Part shown: piece by piece, positions 1 through 9,465 of the stretch
How positions within the stretch are numbered: position 1 is the first letter of the stretch
How the letters are laid out: each line of letters opens with the position of its first letter
Assembly (NCBI GenBank): GCA_038897215.1
Contig: JAWAWX010000001.1
Coordinates: 448,001 to 512,000 of the forward strand
Reading direction: 5' to 3'
DNA from: Acidilobaceae archaeon
GTDB taxonomy: Archaea; Thermoproteota; Thermoprotei_A; Sulfolobales; Acidilobaceae
DNA length: 64,000 bases
Notes under the pieces: model-generated
Told to the model about the DNA's origin: nothing
Databases searched by the model: none
The model's input: only the letters and a program-made list of their open reading frames with translations
Made by a program: the position numbers and the translations under genes

Positions 1-17
1 GAGCATACGAGACAGTC

Positions 18-806
18 TTGAGCCTAGCTAGGAGACTAGAGGGTAGAGTGAGCGTAGCAGACGGCACGGTAATCGCGTACACTAGAGGAGCAGAGCCTCC
101 GGCCTCCATCCTCTACATATCATCTCTCCACGCGGGGCTAGACGTGGCTCTAGCGAGCGCTACAGAGCTCTCTCTCCACATAGTCCCCTACAGGGAGCTC
201 AGGAGCGCCGTCATATTCTCCTACAAGCAGAGAGACTCTAGAGCAGTGAGCTCCGCTATAGCCTCATCGATAATGGGGGCTAAGACAGTGCTAGTGTCGC
301 CCACAATGCCGGAAGCGTACGAGGAGAAGCTGAGAATCCACGGAGTCGAGAGAGTAGCCGTAGACAGCCCCTCTCCTCTCTTAGCCATGTCTGTAGCCGC
401 CGCGCTCTGGAGCCCTAGGATGATGGGGGCTAGAGAAGAGAGAGTAAGAGCTGAGCTGAGAGCTCTCGACACTGCTCTCGACTGGGTTCTCGAGAAGTAC
501 AGCTTCGTAGCCGAGAGAGGCTACGAGACAGCTGTCTACTCTCCAGCGACCGCTGCTGGAGCGTACTACTACTGCGCCTCTACGAGGAGCTGCGCTCCAC
601 TGCCTCTAGACGCTCTAGAAGACTATGTTCCGAGAGGCAGGCTTCTAGCTATGCTGACTACTCTAGAGAGGAGAGAGTACGAGGAGTCTCTTAGAGCGGC
701 TAAGAGTAAGACTGAGGTCGATGTAGTGGAGTTCAACGTAGACCCCGTCACCGCTTCTCTCTACTCTGTCCTCGTAGCTCTAGTAGCCGCGAGGAGAGCT
801 ATCTAG
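18..806 (+). CDS. hypothetical protein (alpha/beta, possibly degenerate SIS-like)
   Basis: 262-aa ORF, TTG start, host-like codon usage; no diagnostic motif recognised. Confidence 0.6.
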   Translation: MSLARRLEGRVSVADGTVIAYTRGAEPPASILYISSLHAGLDVALASATELSLHIVPYRELRSAVIFSYKQRDSRAVSSAIASSIMGAKTVLVSPTMPEAYEEKLRIHGVERVAVDSPSPLLAMSVAAALWSPRMMGAREERVRAELRALDTALDWVLEKYSFVAERGYETAVYSPATAAGAYYYCASTRSCAPLPLDALEDYVPRGRLLAMLTTLERREYEESLRAAKSKTEVDVVEFNVDPVTASLYSVLVALVAARRAI

Positions 807-875
807 ACGCGGAGTAGAACAAAAGCCTTTTCCCCTCCCGGTCTCAGCAAGCGCTAGAGACTCGGGCGATGGGCT

Positions 876-2393
876 GTGAGCGAGTCTCTCTTCGTGAACG
901 AGACCGTCAGAGAGATCCTGAGCCGCTACAAGACCATCTGGGCTATAGAGCACTCCATGAGTCTCCTAAGCTGGGACCTAGAGGTCTCCATGCCCTCAGA
1001 GGGGGTTCAGGAGAGAGCGACTGCTCTAGCTGAGCTCAAGCTCCTCAGCCGCAAGCTGATCCTCCAAGACGTAGCCCCCCTCGTAGACAAGGTTGCTGGC
1101 AGAGAGGACTTGAACGAGTACGAGAGAGGAGTCGTTAGAGTCCTCTCGAGGATGATAGATAGGCTGAGGAAGGTGCCTGAGAGGCTTCACTACGAGATAG
1201 CGAAGACAGCCGCGGAGGCTACGACTGTCTGGAGAGAGGCTAAGAAGAGAGGAGACTTCGAGCTCTTCAAGCCCCACTTGGAGAAGATAGTGTCTCTCAC
1301 GAGAGAAGTCTCCGAGCACGTGGGCTACGATGAGCACCCCTACGACCCTCTCCTAGACTTCTTCGAGGAGAATCTCAGAGATAGAGACGTGAGAGCTCTC
1401 TTCTCCAGCCTAGTGCCTGGGCTCAGGAAGATCCTAGACGAGATCCTCTCCTCCGGCATCTACCCGAGAGAGCACGAGCTGGAAAACGTGAAGTATGATG
1501 TCGGAGCGATGGAGAAAGTCAACAGAGAGGTCTTAGACCTCCTAGGCTACCCGTGGAGCCGCGGTAGGCTCGATGTGAGCGCTCACCCCTTCTCGACGAG
1601 CATAGGGCTGAAGGATGTTAGGATAACTACGAGATACGAGGGGGTTGACTTCAAGAGGACTCTCTTCTCTGTGATACACGAGTTCGGCCACGCTCTCTAC
1701 GAGCTCCAGGTAGACGAGAGATTCGCTTTCACGCCTCTCGCTCAGGGGGTAAGCCTGGGGGTTCACGAGAGCCAGAGCAGGTTCTGGGAGAACGTTGTGG
1801 GGAGGAGTAGAGCATTCGTAGAGCTGGTCTCGCCGATCCTGAGGTCTCACCTGGGCTTCCTAGAGGGCTACAGTGATAGAGACATCTACCTGTACTTCAA
1901 CACAGTCAAGCCTAGCTTGATCAGAGTTGATGCCGACGAGGTCACGTACAACTTCCACGTTTACCTCAGGTATCAGCTCGAGAGGTCTCTGATAGCGGGC
2001 GAGGTCAAGGTATCAGAGCTACCGGAGCTCTGGAACGGGATGATGGAGGAGCTCCTGGGAGTAAAGCCTAAGAGCCACTCAGAGGGAGTGCTACAGGACA
2101 TACACTGGAGCCAGGCTCTCATCGGCTACTTCCCCACCTACACTATAGGGACTCTCCTCTCTGCTCAGATCAAGGCTAGAATGGAGGTGGAGTCGGGGAG
2201 GAGCCTCTCTGAGATCATAGCCTCGGGCAAGAGGGGCATCGAGTACATGAAGTCCTACCTGAGAGAGAAGATACACAGATTCGGGTCTCTCTACCCGCCA
2301 GACGAGCTGGTCGCGAAGAGCCTCGGGGAGAAGCTGAACCCGGAGTACTTCCTGAGATACCTGGAGGAGAAGTATCTGAGAGCTCCAAGCTAG
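876..2393 (+). CDS. M32 family carboxypeptidase (carboxypeptidase Taq-like)
   Basis: HEFGH zinc motif, HPF, DVRITTRY, HESQ, IRVDAD and GYFPTY motifs. Confidence 0.95.
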   Translation: MSESLFVNETVREILSRYKTIWAIEHSMSLLSWDLEVSMPSEGVQERATALAELKLLSRKLILQDVAPLVDKVAGREDLNEYERGVVRVLSRMIDRLRKVPERLHYEIAKTAAEATTVWREAKKRGDFELFKPHLEKIVSLTREVSEHVGYDEHPYDPLLDFFEENLRDRDVRALFSSLVPGLRKILDEILSSGIYPREHELENVKYDVGAMEKVNREVLDLLGYPWSRGRLDVSAHPFSTSIGLKDVRITTRYEGVDFKRTLFSVIHEFGHALYELQVDERFAFTPLAQGVSLGVHESQSRFWENVVGRSRAFVELVSPILRSHLGFLEGYSDRDIYLYFNTVKPSLIRVDADEVTYNFHVYLRYQLERSLIAGEVKVSELPELWNGMMEELLGVKPKSHSEGVLQDIHWSQALIGYFPTYTIGTLLSAQIKARMEVESGRSLSEIIASGKRGIEYMKSYLREKIHRFGSLYPPDELVAKSLGEKLNPEYFLRYLEEKYLRAPS

Positions 2394-3727
2394 CCTCTCT
2401 GCTCTCTCTTGAGCCGGAAGAGAGTAGAGTACTTGCCCAGGAGCCTCCTCCAAGACTCTCTAACGCTCCAGTATTTGCAGAGCTCTCCAACACTCTCCTC
2501 TCTGCAGTCCACTCTCCCCCCGGCTTTCTCGAAGACCCCGGAGCCCAGGTACGATACCCCCTCTGGGGGGCTCTTGCTCTTGTAGGGTAGCAGGTTTAGA
2601 GGCATGTCTTTAGGCGGGCTCCTCAAGTAGAGAGCCGCTGAAGCCATGGCCGCGGCTATCTTCGCTTCTAGAGTCGAGGCTCTAGCCTTGTAGCTCTCCT
2701 CTCCGACCATCACCAGCGAGGCTCCAGCCTCAGCCGCTAGGAACGTGAGGATGGCTGTTGATGCGTGTGTATCCACGTCTGCTAGCTCTATCGCGTTGTT
2801 TAGCCCAAGCATTACCGGGTAGTCTCTGCAAGCCTCTTCGCTGGAGAGAGCTCTAGCCGCTAGAAGGCTCTCGAGAGAGCCGGGTGATAGAGGTGGCTGC
2901 ATGACAGGGTCTAGTATCACGCTGAGAGAAGCCTTTGATGCAAGCTCGCAAACGCGAGCCAGCTCTCTAGCTCTCAGCCTCCAGTCTCCGAGCTCTCTGG
3001 GTATCACCACATAGAACACCTCGTCTCCAAGCCTAGCCACAGCCTCGAGTAGAGTATCGGCTGTGAAGCTCATCGCTACACTAGCTCCGGCCTCGACTGC
3101 CTCGGCTACAGCATCAAGACTGGGAGAGTCGACGGCTACGGGGGCCTCGATTGAGTCGAGGACTCTCTCGACTACTCTGAGGACGTCTCTGGAGCCAAGC
3201 GAGTAGTCGAAGCTAAGCACTACAGCATCAGCGCCAGCCCAGACTCTGTACTCCGCTTCTCTAGCCACGCGCTCAGCGTCAGCAGGCGGCTCTACATAGA
3301 TGTCTGAGAGGACAGCGATAGGCGGAGGGCGCTTTGGGACTCGCGCGTCACTCGCTTCAACCCACACTGCTCTAGCCGCTATCTCCTCGAAGACCTCCTC
3401 GAAGACTCTCGAGACTACCGCCTCGTCTAGAGCTCTCTCAGCAGGCTTGGAGGGGCTGAGAGAGTCGACGCTCGCTCTCCTCAAGATCCTCGGGAGTAAC
3501 CTGACCGCTGTAGGCCCCTTCACGACTCTCTCCAAGCCGCTGTAGTCGAAGGGGCTGAGCCCGGGGGCTATGGCGTAATCGTAGCTCAAGCCTTTGAGAG
3601 CCTCAGCGACCACAGCTGGGTGGAGAGACTGGACTCTAACGACTAGAACCTCGTAACCTGCTCCTCTAAGCTCCTCGACGACCGCTTGATCTACCCCAGC
3701 GGGGCCCGAGACGAGAGCTAGCCTCGA
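2390..3727 (-). CDS. archaeal dihydropteroate synthase-like (pterin-binding TIM barrel) protein
   Basis: GADAVVL, PVAVDS, ILDPV and GLNNAIELADVDT motifs. The ORF track starts at GTG 3613, but the frame is open to 3733 and the RBS points to a TCG at 3727 (see findings). Confidence 0.8.
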   Translation of the reverse strand, partial: SRLALVSGPAGVDQAVVEELRGAGYEVLVVRVQSLHPAVVAEALKGLSYDYAIAPGLSPFDYSGLERVVKGPTAVRLLPRILRRASVDSLSPSKPAERALDEAVVSRVFEEVFEEIAARAVWVEASDARVPKRPPPIAVLSDIYVEPPADAERVAREAEYRVWAGADAVVLSFDYSLGSRDVLRVVERVLDSIEAPVAVDSPSLDAVAEAVEAGASVAMSFTADTLLEAVARLGDEVFYVVIPRELGDWRLRARELARVCELASKASLSVILDPVMQPPLSPGSLESLLAARALSSEEACRDYPVMLGLNNAIELADVDTHASTAILTFLAAEAGASLVMVGEESYKARASTLEAKIAAAMASAALYLRSPPKDMPLNLLPYKSKSPPEGVSYLGSGVFEKAGGRVDCREESVGELCKYWSVRESWRRLLGKYSTLFRLKREQRG

Positions 3728-3806
3728 GCCCGGTCACCGAGAGTGAGCATCAGTACTCTCAACATAAAAACCCTATCTAGCTAAGGTATCTCGATAGGGC
3801 TGAGGC

Positions 3807-4757
3807 TTGGCTGAAGAGACTGGAGGGAAGAGGCTGAGGATTAGAGGAGAGCCGGGAGAACCGAGCTACAAGCAAGTAGCCGAGCATATGAGGAGATACG
3901 CTGAGATGAGGAGAGCTGCTGCTAGAAACTTGGAGAAGGTGAAGCACGTAGTCGTAGTAACAAGCACTAAGGGCGGTGTGGGCAAGAGCATGGTGACAGT
4001 CAACCTAGCGGCTGCTCTAGCACTCAGAGGGCTAAAGGTCGGAGTCTTCGACATAGACTTCCACGGCCCCTCAGTCCACAAGCTTCTAGGGCTTCCAACG
4101 GGTATGGGTTTACCTGTAACCGTCGACGGGTCCATAGTCCCGGTTACTGTTCAACCGCTAGGCATTAAGGTTGTATCTATAGGCTTGTTGCTCAAATCAG
4201 ACGACGAGGCTGTAGTCTGGAGAGGCCCCATTAAGGCATCTGCTGTAAACGAGCTCCTCTCATACATAGACTGGGGAGACTTAGACATGCTCCTAGTCGA
4301 CACGCCACCAGGGACCGGAGACGAGGTCCTATCACTGCTCCAGCTACTCCCGAGAAAGATATCTGGCATAGTGCTGGTAGCTACTCCCTCGGAGATAACG
4401 AGAGTAGTGGCGAGGAAGACCGCTACTCTAGCTCGCCAGCTTAGAGCACCGCTTCTCGGAGTCGTTGAGAACATGAGCTACTTCAGGTGTAGAAGCGGAG
4501 AGATAGTCTACGTCTTCGGAGAGAGCAGGGGGGAGGCTTTCGCTAGAGAACTCTCCACGAGATTCCTCGGAGCCATACCTCTAGACCCTGAGCTGAGAAG
4601 ACTGGGAGACCAGGGAGTGCCCGTTGTGCTCGCAGCTCCCGAGAGCGAGTCTGCGAGAGCGTTCGCTAGCATAGCCGAGAAGCTACTACAGGCTCTGGAG
4701 GAGGAGGAGAAGAGTAGAGAGGTAGGAGAGGAGCCTTCTGAAGAGGGTGAGCGCTAG
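3807..4757 (+). CDS. Mrp/NBP35 family ATPase (Fe-S cluster carrier)
   Basis: KGGVGKS deviant Walker [32 protein letters not shown]. Confidence 0.93.
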   Translation: MAEETGGKRLRIRGEPGEPSYKQVAEHMRRYAEMRRAAARNLEKVKHVVVVTSTKGGVGKSMVTVNLAAALALRGLKVGVFDIDFHGPSVHKLLGLPTGMGLPVTVDGSIVPVTVQPLGIKVVSIGLLLKSDDEAVVWRGPIKASAVNELLSYIDWGDLDMLLVDTPPGTGDEVLSLLQLLPRKISGIVLVATPSEITRVVARKTATLARQLRAPLLGVVENMSYFRCRSGEIVYVFGESRGEAFARELSTRFLGAIPLDPELRRLGDQGVPVVLAAPESESARAFASIAEKLLQALEEEEKSREVGEEPSEEGER

Positions 4758-5017
4758 AAGACTCCCAGGCTCGCTGCTAGGTCTCTCGCTCTATACTCTG
4801 GAGCTAGCTTGACGTACGCTTTCTTCTCTCCTCTCGGTGTGATCAAGGTTCTAACCTTCTCTACCTTCACGTTGAACATTCTCTCCACAGCTCTCCTCAC
4901 GTCGTGCTTAGTAGCTCTCCTATCTACGATGAAGACTAGAGTGTTCTGGGTATCCATGAGTCTGGCTACTTTCTCGGAGTAGTGGGGTCTCAGGATCACC
5001 TTAGGCCACTCACTCAA
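4754..5017 (-). CDS. rpl23: 50S ribosomal protein L23
   Basis: [28 protein letters not shown]; follows L3 and L4. Confidence 0.97.
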   Translation of the reverse strand: MSEWPKVILRPHYSEKVARLMDTQNTLVFIVDRRATKHDVRRAVERMFNVKVEKVRTLITPRGEKKAYVKLAPEYRARDLAASLGVF

Positions 5018-5829
5018 AACCCTAGCACCTCGAATCTCTTAGCTAGTAGCTTTAGAGACTCGCTAGTCACGACTGCTAGCCTGCCGGGGACTCCTCCAGG
5101 AGCTAGCTGTAGAACATTAACGAAGCTCGGGGTAGCCACGTCTACTCCGGGGAGGCTTGCTACAGCTCTAGCGAATGGAGCTCTGTGGTCTTCGAGTATG
5201 AAGAGGATGCTCTTAGGCTCCTTGTACCTCCTCCCTCTCATCTTGCCTCTACCAGCTCTCCACCTTGTTCTCTCAGCTGCTCTCTCTACGTCCTCGTAGA
5301 CTCCTAGCTTCTCTAGGAGCTCTACAGCATCGCTAGTCTTCGAGATTGCATTGAGAACCGAAGAGTCTATAACCACGGGGACTTTGGCTACACTGAATCT
5401 GTGTCCTCGAGTTCTCACCAGCTCCGCGTCGGCTGTGGCTGCGAGAGCGCTCGCTGTCCCCAGGATCTTCTCCTTCTTGTTGACTCTCTCCCACAGGATC
5501 TTCTCTACTCTCGGCGGGAAGGTAGCCATGCCTCCTCTAGCTGAGCCTATGAAGGCTGCTCTCGTAGAGCCCTTTATCCTAGGGACTCTAGCGAGACCGT
5601 AGCCTATCCCCAGGCTCTCAGCCGTCGTCCTCTTGCCAGCCATGGGGTCTCTCCCCTTGGGCTGTAGCCGCATAGTGAACTCGCTCAAGAAGACTCTCCT
5701 TATCAGGTCTGCTCTGACGGGGAGCCTGAAGACCGCTGGTAGCTCTACCTCTCCTACTACTTCACCGCTAGCGTTGTAGAGAGGGACTGAGATAGGGGGC
5801 TTGAGGTATAGAGCTAGGTAGGTAGCCAT
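5014..5829 (-). CDS. rpl4: 50S ribosomal protein L4
   Basis: [39 protein letters not shown]. Confidence 0.97.
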   Translation of the reverse strand: MATYLALYLKPPISVPLYNASGEVVGEVELPAVFRLPVRADLIRRVFLSEFTMRLQPKGRDPMAGKRTTAESLGIGYGLARVPRIKGSTRAAFIGSARGGMATFPPRVEKILWERVNKKEKILGTASALAATADAELVRTRGHRFSVAKVPVVIDSSVLNAISKTSDAVELLEKLGVYEDVERAAERTRWRAGRGKMRGRRYKEPKSILFILEDHRAPFARAVASLPGVDVATPSFVNVLQLAPGGVPGRLAVVTSESLKLLAKRFEVLGF

Positions 5830-5845
5830 GAGGGCTCCACCTCTT

Positions 5846-6883
5846 CTAGGCTCCCTGCTTGCTCTCTAGGCTCACGTAGGTTATCTTAGGCTGCCCGAGC
5901 TTGAACTTCAGGTACCACTTGGGCGGTCTTATAGGCCATCTTAGAACCACAGGTCTCTTGACCGCTCCAGCTATGCTACCAGCTAGGACTACGTAGTCGG
6001 ACTCGACTAAGCCGTAGTGCAGAAACCCCCCAGCTGGCGTTATCTCGTAGCCGTTAGAGCCTATGGCGAGAATCCTCTTATTGTACTCAGTCCTCCTGTG
6101 GAAGCCCATCTGGCCCGGCTGAGGAGCCTCCCACCACGTCCCGACTGCTGAGAAACGCGCGCCAGGGCCGCTCCTGCTACCCTTTCTGTGCTTGTGCCAT
6201 CTCGGGAGCTCTTTGACACCCCACCTCTTGACAACTCCCTGGAACCCCTTGCCTTTAGTTACTCCTATCACGTCTACAGGCATGCCTGGAGAGAAGACAT
6301 CGCTTACTCTGACCTCCTTACCGAGCTTGGAGACAGCGTACTCGAAGAGAGCACTGATATCGCTCACTCCACCCACCTTGACTTCTATGATATCAGGCTT
6401 CTTCTTCTCCAACCCTCCAGCTAGCTTAGGCTGAGAGGCTAGGATTAGCCTGACGTCTACCGCTTTGGGGAGGAGTGCTTCCAGCTTCTTTAAAGCCTCT
6501 TCTGTGCTCTTGACGCTGAGAGTCGAGATCCTCCTCTCTATCTCGAGCTCTCGAGGAGGCTGAACCCAGGCTTCGCCTAGAGTGTATAAGCCTCTATCGA
6601 CATCTCTCCCGTAGATTCTGACTGCTAGAGCGACCATTGGGGGGGTCTCGACTACAGTAACGGGGACGAATACCTCTCTGCCGGCTGTAGGGCTGGTTGG
6701 GATGTCGTCTACCACGAAGACGTGAGTCATCCCGACCTTGTAGCCAAGAAAAGCTAGCAGAGTTGGCTTGCCTAGATTGACTTCAGGCCAGGACTTGACT
6801 CTAGGGACTATACGAGAAGCTCTCTTACGCGGCGAGAAGCCTAAGCTCCCTCGTCTAGGCGCATGCTGCTTCCTAGCGCCCAC
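5846..6883 (-). CDS. rpl3: 50S ribosomal protein L3
   Basis: PRRGSLGFSPRKRA, GYKVGMTH, TKGKGFQGVVKRWG, GQMGFHRRTEYNKR. Confidence 0.98.
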   Translation of the reverse strand: MGARKQHAPRRGSLGFSPRKRASRIVPRVKSWPEVNLGKPTLLAFLGYKVGMTHVFVVDDIPTSPTAGREVFVPVTVVETPPMVALAVRIYGRDVDRGLYTLGEAWVQPPRELEIERRISTLSVKSTEEALKKLEALLPKAVDVRLILASQPKLAGGLEKKKPDIIEVKVGGVSDISALFEYAVSKLGKEVRVSDVFSPGMPVDVIGVTKGKGFQGVVKRWGVKELPRWHKHRKGSRSGPGARFSAVGTWWEAPQPGQMGFHRRTEYNKRILAIGSNGYEITPAGGFLHYGLVESDYVVLAGSIAGAVKRPVVLRWPIRPPKWYLKFKLGQPKITYVSLESKQGA

Positions 6884-6944
6884 GCTAATACCCCTCAGGG
6901 GCTCTGCGAGTCTCTGAGCCTAAAAAATCGAGCCCCTCTAGCTA

Positions 6945-7865
6945 CTAGTCTTCTAGAACGCTCGTGTTAGCTATTGCTGCGAGCGTTGCTACGATAGCCT
7001 CCTCCGTCCTGACCGTCTCCGTCCCCTGGTGTGGGATAGTGTTGACTATCGCGTCGAAGAGAGAGTGGTCGCTGTACTCGTAGGGGCACCTGTAGGGGCC
7101 CCCGAAGACTAGAGCTAGCTTCCTCCTCTTCTCCACCCCCTCTCTGAGTCTACCGGCTTGCCGGGAGAGGCAGTCACCGTATTTGCTGGCTAGAACGACT
7201 AGCGCTCCTCTCCTCCTCAGGTAGCTCACGACACTAGCTAGGTCTCCGAGGCTTCTTACCTTGAAGCCTGTGTATACGTCTCCCCAGCTCGCCTCCTCTA
7301 GCTCGTAGAGCCCTCTTTTCGCTGAAACTACTCGAGCTACTACTATAGACCCGGGCTTGTGCACACCTCTAAGAACCCCGTAGCCGGGCTTGCCTAGATA
7401 GGCTCTACACGAGTCTCTGTAGCACTCCTCGACGAATACCTCGATGATATCGCCTTCTCTCAGCTCTTCTGGAGCTAGGTGATTGTATGTCTTTAGTGGC
7501 GGCAGGACGCCTGATGCTCTCAACTCCCCGGTTAGCGGGACAGCCTTCTTCCTGAGATGAGGAGGGATTAGCATGTAGCGAAGATAGGAGACTAGGAGTC
7601 TAGCGTCTCTCTCGGCTGTATCAGGATCTCTATAGACTATGCACTCATCGACCCTGAACGCTGCGAGAGCTCTCCCAACAAGCCCGGCCTTGACGGCTTT
7701 CAGCACGAGAGTCTCCTCAACACTCAACACGCTACCCGGCAAAGCGACAGCAAGCCACACACTCCTCCTACGAGGAGGCCAGATGAAGCAACCCACGCTA
7801 CTCCACGCTCCTACTCGAGCCCGTAGAGCCGCCTCTAGAGAAGCTGATGAGAGATATGAGAGCAC
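6945..7865 (-). CDS. SPOUT-family RNA methyltransferase (DUF171 type)
   Basis: PPHLRK, GVLPPL, FGGP, NTIPHQGTETVRTEEA; sits directly upstream of rpl3. The true start is probably the downstream GTG before CFIWPP. Confidence 0.88.
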   Translation of the reverse strand: MLSYLSSASLEAALRARVGAWSSVGCFIWPPRRRSVWLAVALPGSVLSVEETLVLKAVKAGLVGRALAAFRVDECIVYRDPDTAERDARLLVSYLRYMLIPPHLRKKAVPLTGELRASGVLPPLKTYNHLAPEELREGDIIEVFVEECYRDSCRAYLGKPGYGVLRGVHKPGSIVVARVVSAKRGLYELEEASWGDVYTGFKVRSLGDLASVVSYLRRRGALVVLASKYGDCLSRQAGRLREGVEKRRKLALVFGGPYRCPYEYSDHSLFDAIVNTIPHQGTETVRTEEAIVATLAAIANTSVLED

Positions 7866-7882
7866 GCTACCTAGAAGCAGGG

Positions 7883-8017
7883 CTACTTGCCTTTCTGCTT
7901 AGGCTCCTTCTTAGCCTTCTCTCTAGCCTTCTCTTTGCTCGAACTCGCTGACTGCTCTAGCTCTCTAGCCGCAGACTCCTTAGTGTGAAACAGCGTAGTC
8001 TTCTGCCTACCCCCCAA
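7883..8017 (-). CDS. small Lys/Glu-rich protein, 44 aa (not in ORF track)
   Basis: TTG start 5 nt after a GGTGA RBS, AT-rich TATA-like element near 8053-8060; MGGRQKTTLFHTKESAARELEQSASSSKEKAREKAKKEPKQKGK. Confidence 0.65.
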   Translation of the reverse strand: MGGRQKTTLFHTKESAARELEQSASSSKEKAREKAKKEPKQKGK

Positions 8018-8151
8018 GCCTCTCACCCTCCGAGGCGGGAGAAGGGGGAGCTATTATATTCGTGAAGTAGCTCTACTCCTGCTCTCTCGTCTCTAAGATG
8101 GAGGGGAGAGAAAAGGGGAGACTCGCTGTCTCTGAGGGCTCTCTGAGTCTT

Positions 8152-8577
8152 CTAGGCTCCAAGGATGAGGTGAGCTATCGCGAAGTCTACTACTACCATG
8201 ACGGCTAGCCCTAGGAGAGCTAGCGCTAACGCTCTAGCTCCGGGGTTGTTGAGAGCTCCGCTGAGGCTCTCTCCTAGCTGTAAGCGTCTGCTAGCTAGCG
8301 TTAAGCAAAGCCAGACGGCTACCACAGCGAAAACCATGGGGACTCCTACGATCACGACTTCAGAGAATAGAGCCGAGATGCTTGCTGTCGGTAGGAGAGA
8401 CTCTCCTAGAAGAGCGTGCTTAACAGCTAGCAGGATAGAGCCTCCTAGCATCATGACGGAGAGGTCGCTCAAGCCTCTTCTACTCGAGGCTCTTGAGGCT
8501 AGTAGTAGGAGAGCCCCCACGAGTAGGGGTGGGATGAAGCAAGCCATAGATGCACCAGACCCATACGTAGAGTGCAC
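8152..8577 (-). CDS. small integral membrane protein
   Basis: about 4 hydrophobic segments; likely start at MACFIPP. Confidence 0.7.
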   Translation of the reverse strand: MHSTYGSGASMACFIPPLLVGALLLLASRASSRRGLSDLSVMMLGGSILLAVKHALLGESLLPTASISALFSEVVIVGVPMVFAVVAVWLCLTLASRRLQLGESLSGALNNPGARALALALLGLAVMVVVDFAIAHLILGA

Positions 8578-8650
8578 CGGTAGAGACTATAAGCTTTACC
8601 AGGAGTCAGCGGGGAAGCTTCGAGCCCTCGAGAGGAGAGAGACCGTGGAG

Positions 8651-8690
8651 AGAGAAGCGGGGGGCTACTCGGGGAGCCCCCCGTTTCTCT
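8651..8690. terminator. 16-bp inverted repeat at the 3' end of the ESCRT-III gene
   Basis: AGAGAAGCGGGGGGCT (8651-8666) and AGCCCCCCGTTTCTCT (8675-8690), one mismatch, 8-nt loop. Confidence 0.5.
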
Positions 8691-9354
8691 ACGAGGTGGA
8701 AGCGCGAGTCTTCTCGGTAGCTGTGACCTTCTCGAAGCTGGGGAGCTCTGGGAAGCTCTCCTTGAGCCTCTGCTCTGCTATTATGCTCGCCTCCTTGAGT
8801 ATCTTGGCTGCTTCCTCTGTCACGAACGTATTGTCTAGTGCTATCGGTGAGGTGACACTCGCTTGCAGTAGCACGCTCTGCAGAGCCTCGTCTATCTCTA
8901 CTAGCTCTGTGAACACGTCGGGCATCATGCCCTTTATGTAGCCTACTACCTGCCTGAGTGCTGCCACAGCCGGGGCTAGGTTTGCCTGAACGTCTCCAAA
9001 CATTATGGCTGTCTCTAGTCTTATCTTGACTCTCTCGAGCGCGTACCTAACAGTCATTATGACTCTAGCCATCTTCCTTACTTCTGCTACCTCAGAGGCG
9101 TACATCGTCGCCTTGGTCTTGTCTCCCTCGACGAGAGAGTTGACTGTCTTCTCGAATAGCATCCTATCGTAGCTCTGTAGCCTAGCTAGGCTGTAGTCTA
9201 GCTTGTTTATCTGAGCCCCTATCCTGTAGAGCGCGTTGACTAGCTGCTGCTTAGCGGGAGGCGGGGGGCTTATGAAGTCTCTAACCTTCTTGATCACGCT
9301 CTCCGAGTCCTCAGGGCCACTCCAGGTCTTAGCCCAGTGCTCGAGCCTGCTCAT
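8689..9354 (-). CDS. ESCRT-III / CdvB paralogue (CdvB1/B2-like, Snf7 domain)
   Basis: Snf7 coiled core (ATMYASEVAEVRKM, ALERVKIRLET), EEAAKILKEA, C-terminal MIM2-like FPELPS; no winged-helix extension; ATG at 9354. Confidence 0.88.
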   Translation of the reverse strand: MSRLEHWAKTWSGPEDSESVIKKVRDFISPPPPAKQQLVNALYRIGAQINKLDYSLARLQSYDRMLFEKTVNSLVEGDKTKATMYASEVAEVRKMARVIMTVRYALERVKIRLETAIMFGDVQANLAPAVAALRQVVGYIKGMMPDVFTELVEIDEALQSVLLQASVTSPIALDNTFVTEEAAKILKEASIIAEQRLKESFPELPSFEKVTATEKTRASTS

Positions 9355-9465
9355 CTCGAGCCGCCACACTAGCTCTCTCCGAGACCCCCTAATCCAGAGA
9401 GAGACCTCATAGGACGGGCTCTCTCCCCTAAATACCCAGTGTTACTACTCCCCCCGTGAGGAGAG

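Noticed and set aside
8198-8941. 247-aa plus-strand ORF and many similar antisense ORFs (e.g. 48944-49654, 22018-22467, 28310-28798)
   Set aside because: Ser/Leu/Arg-rich shadows of real genes on the opposite strand, produced by the palindrome-rich codon usage; no motifs.
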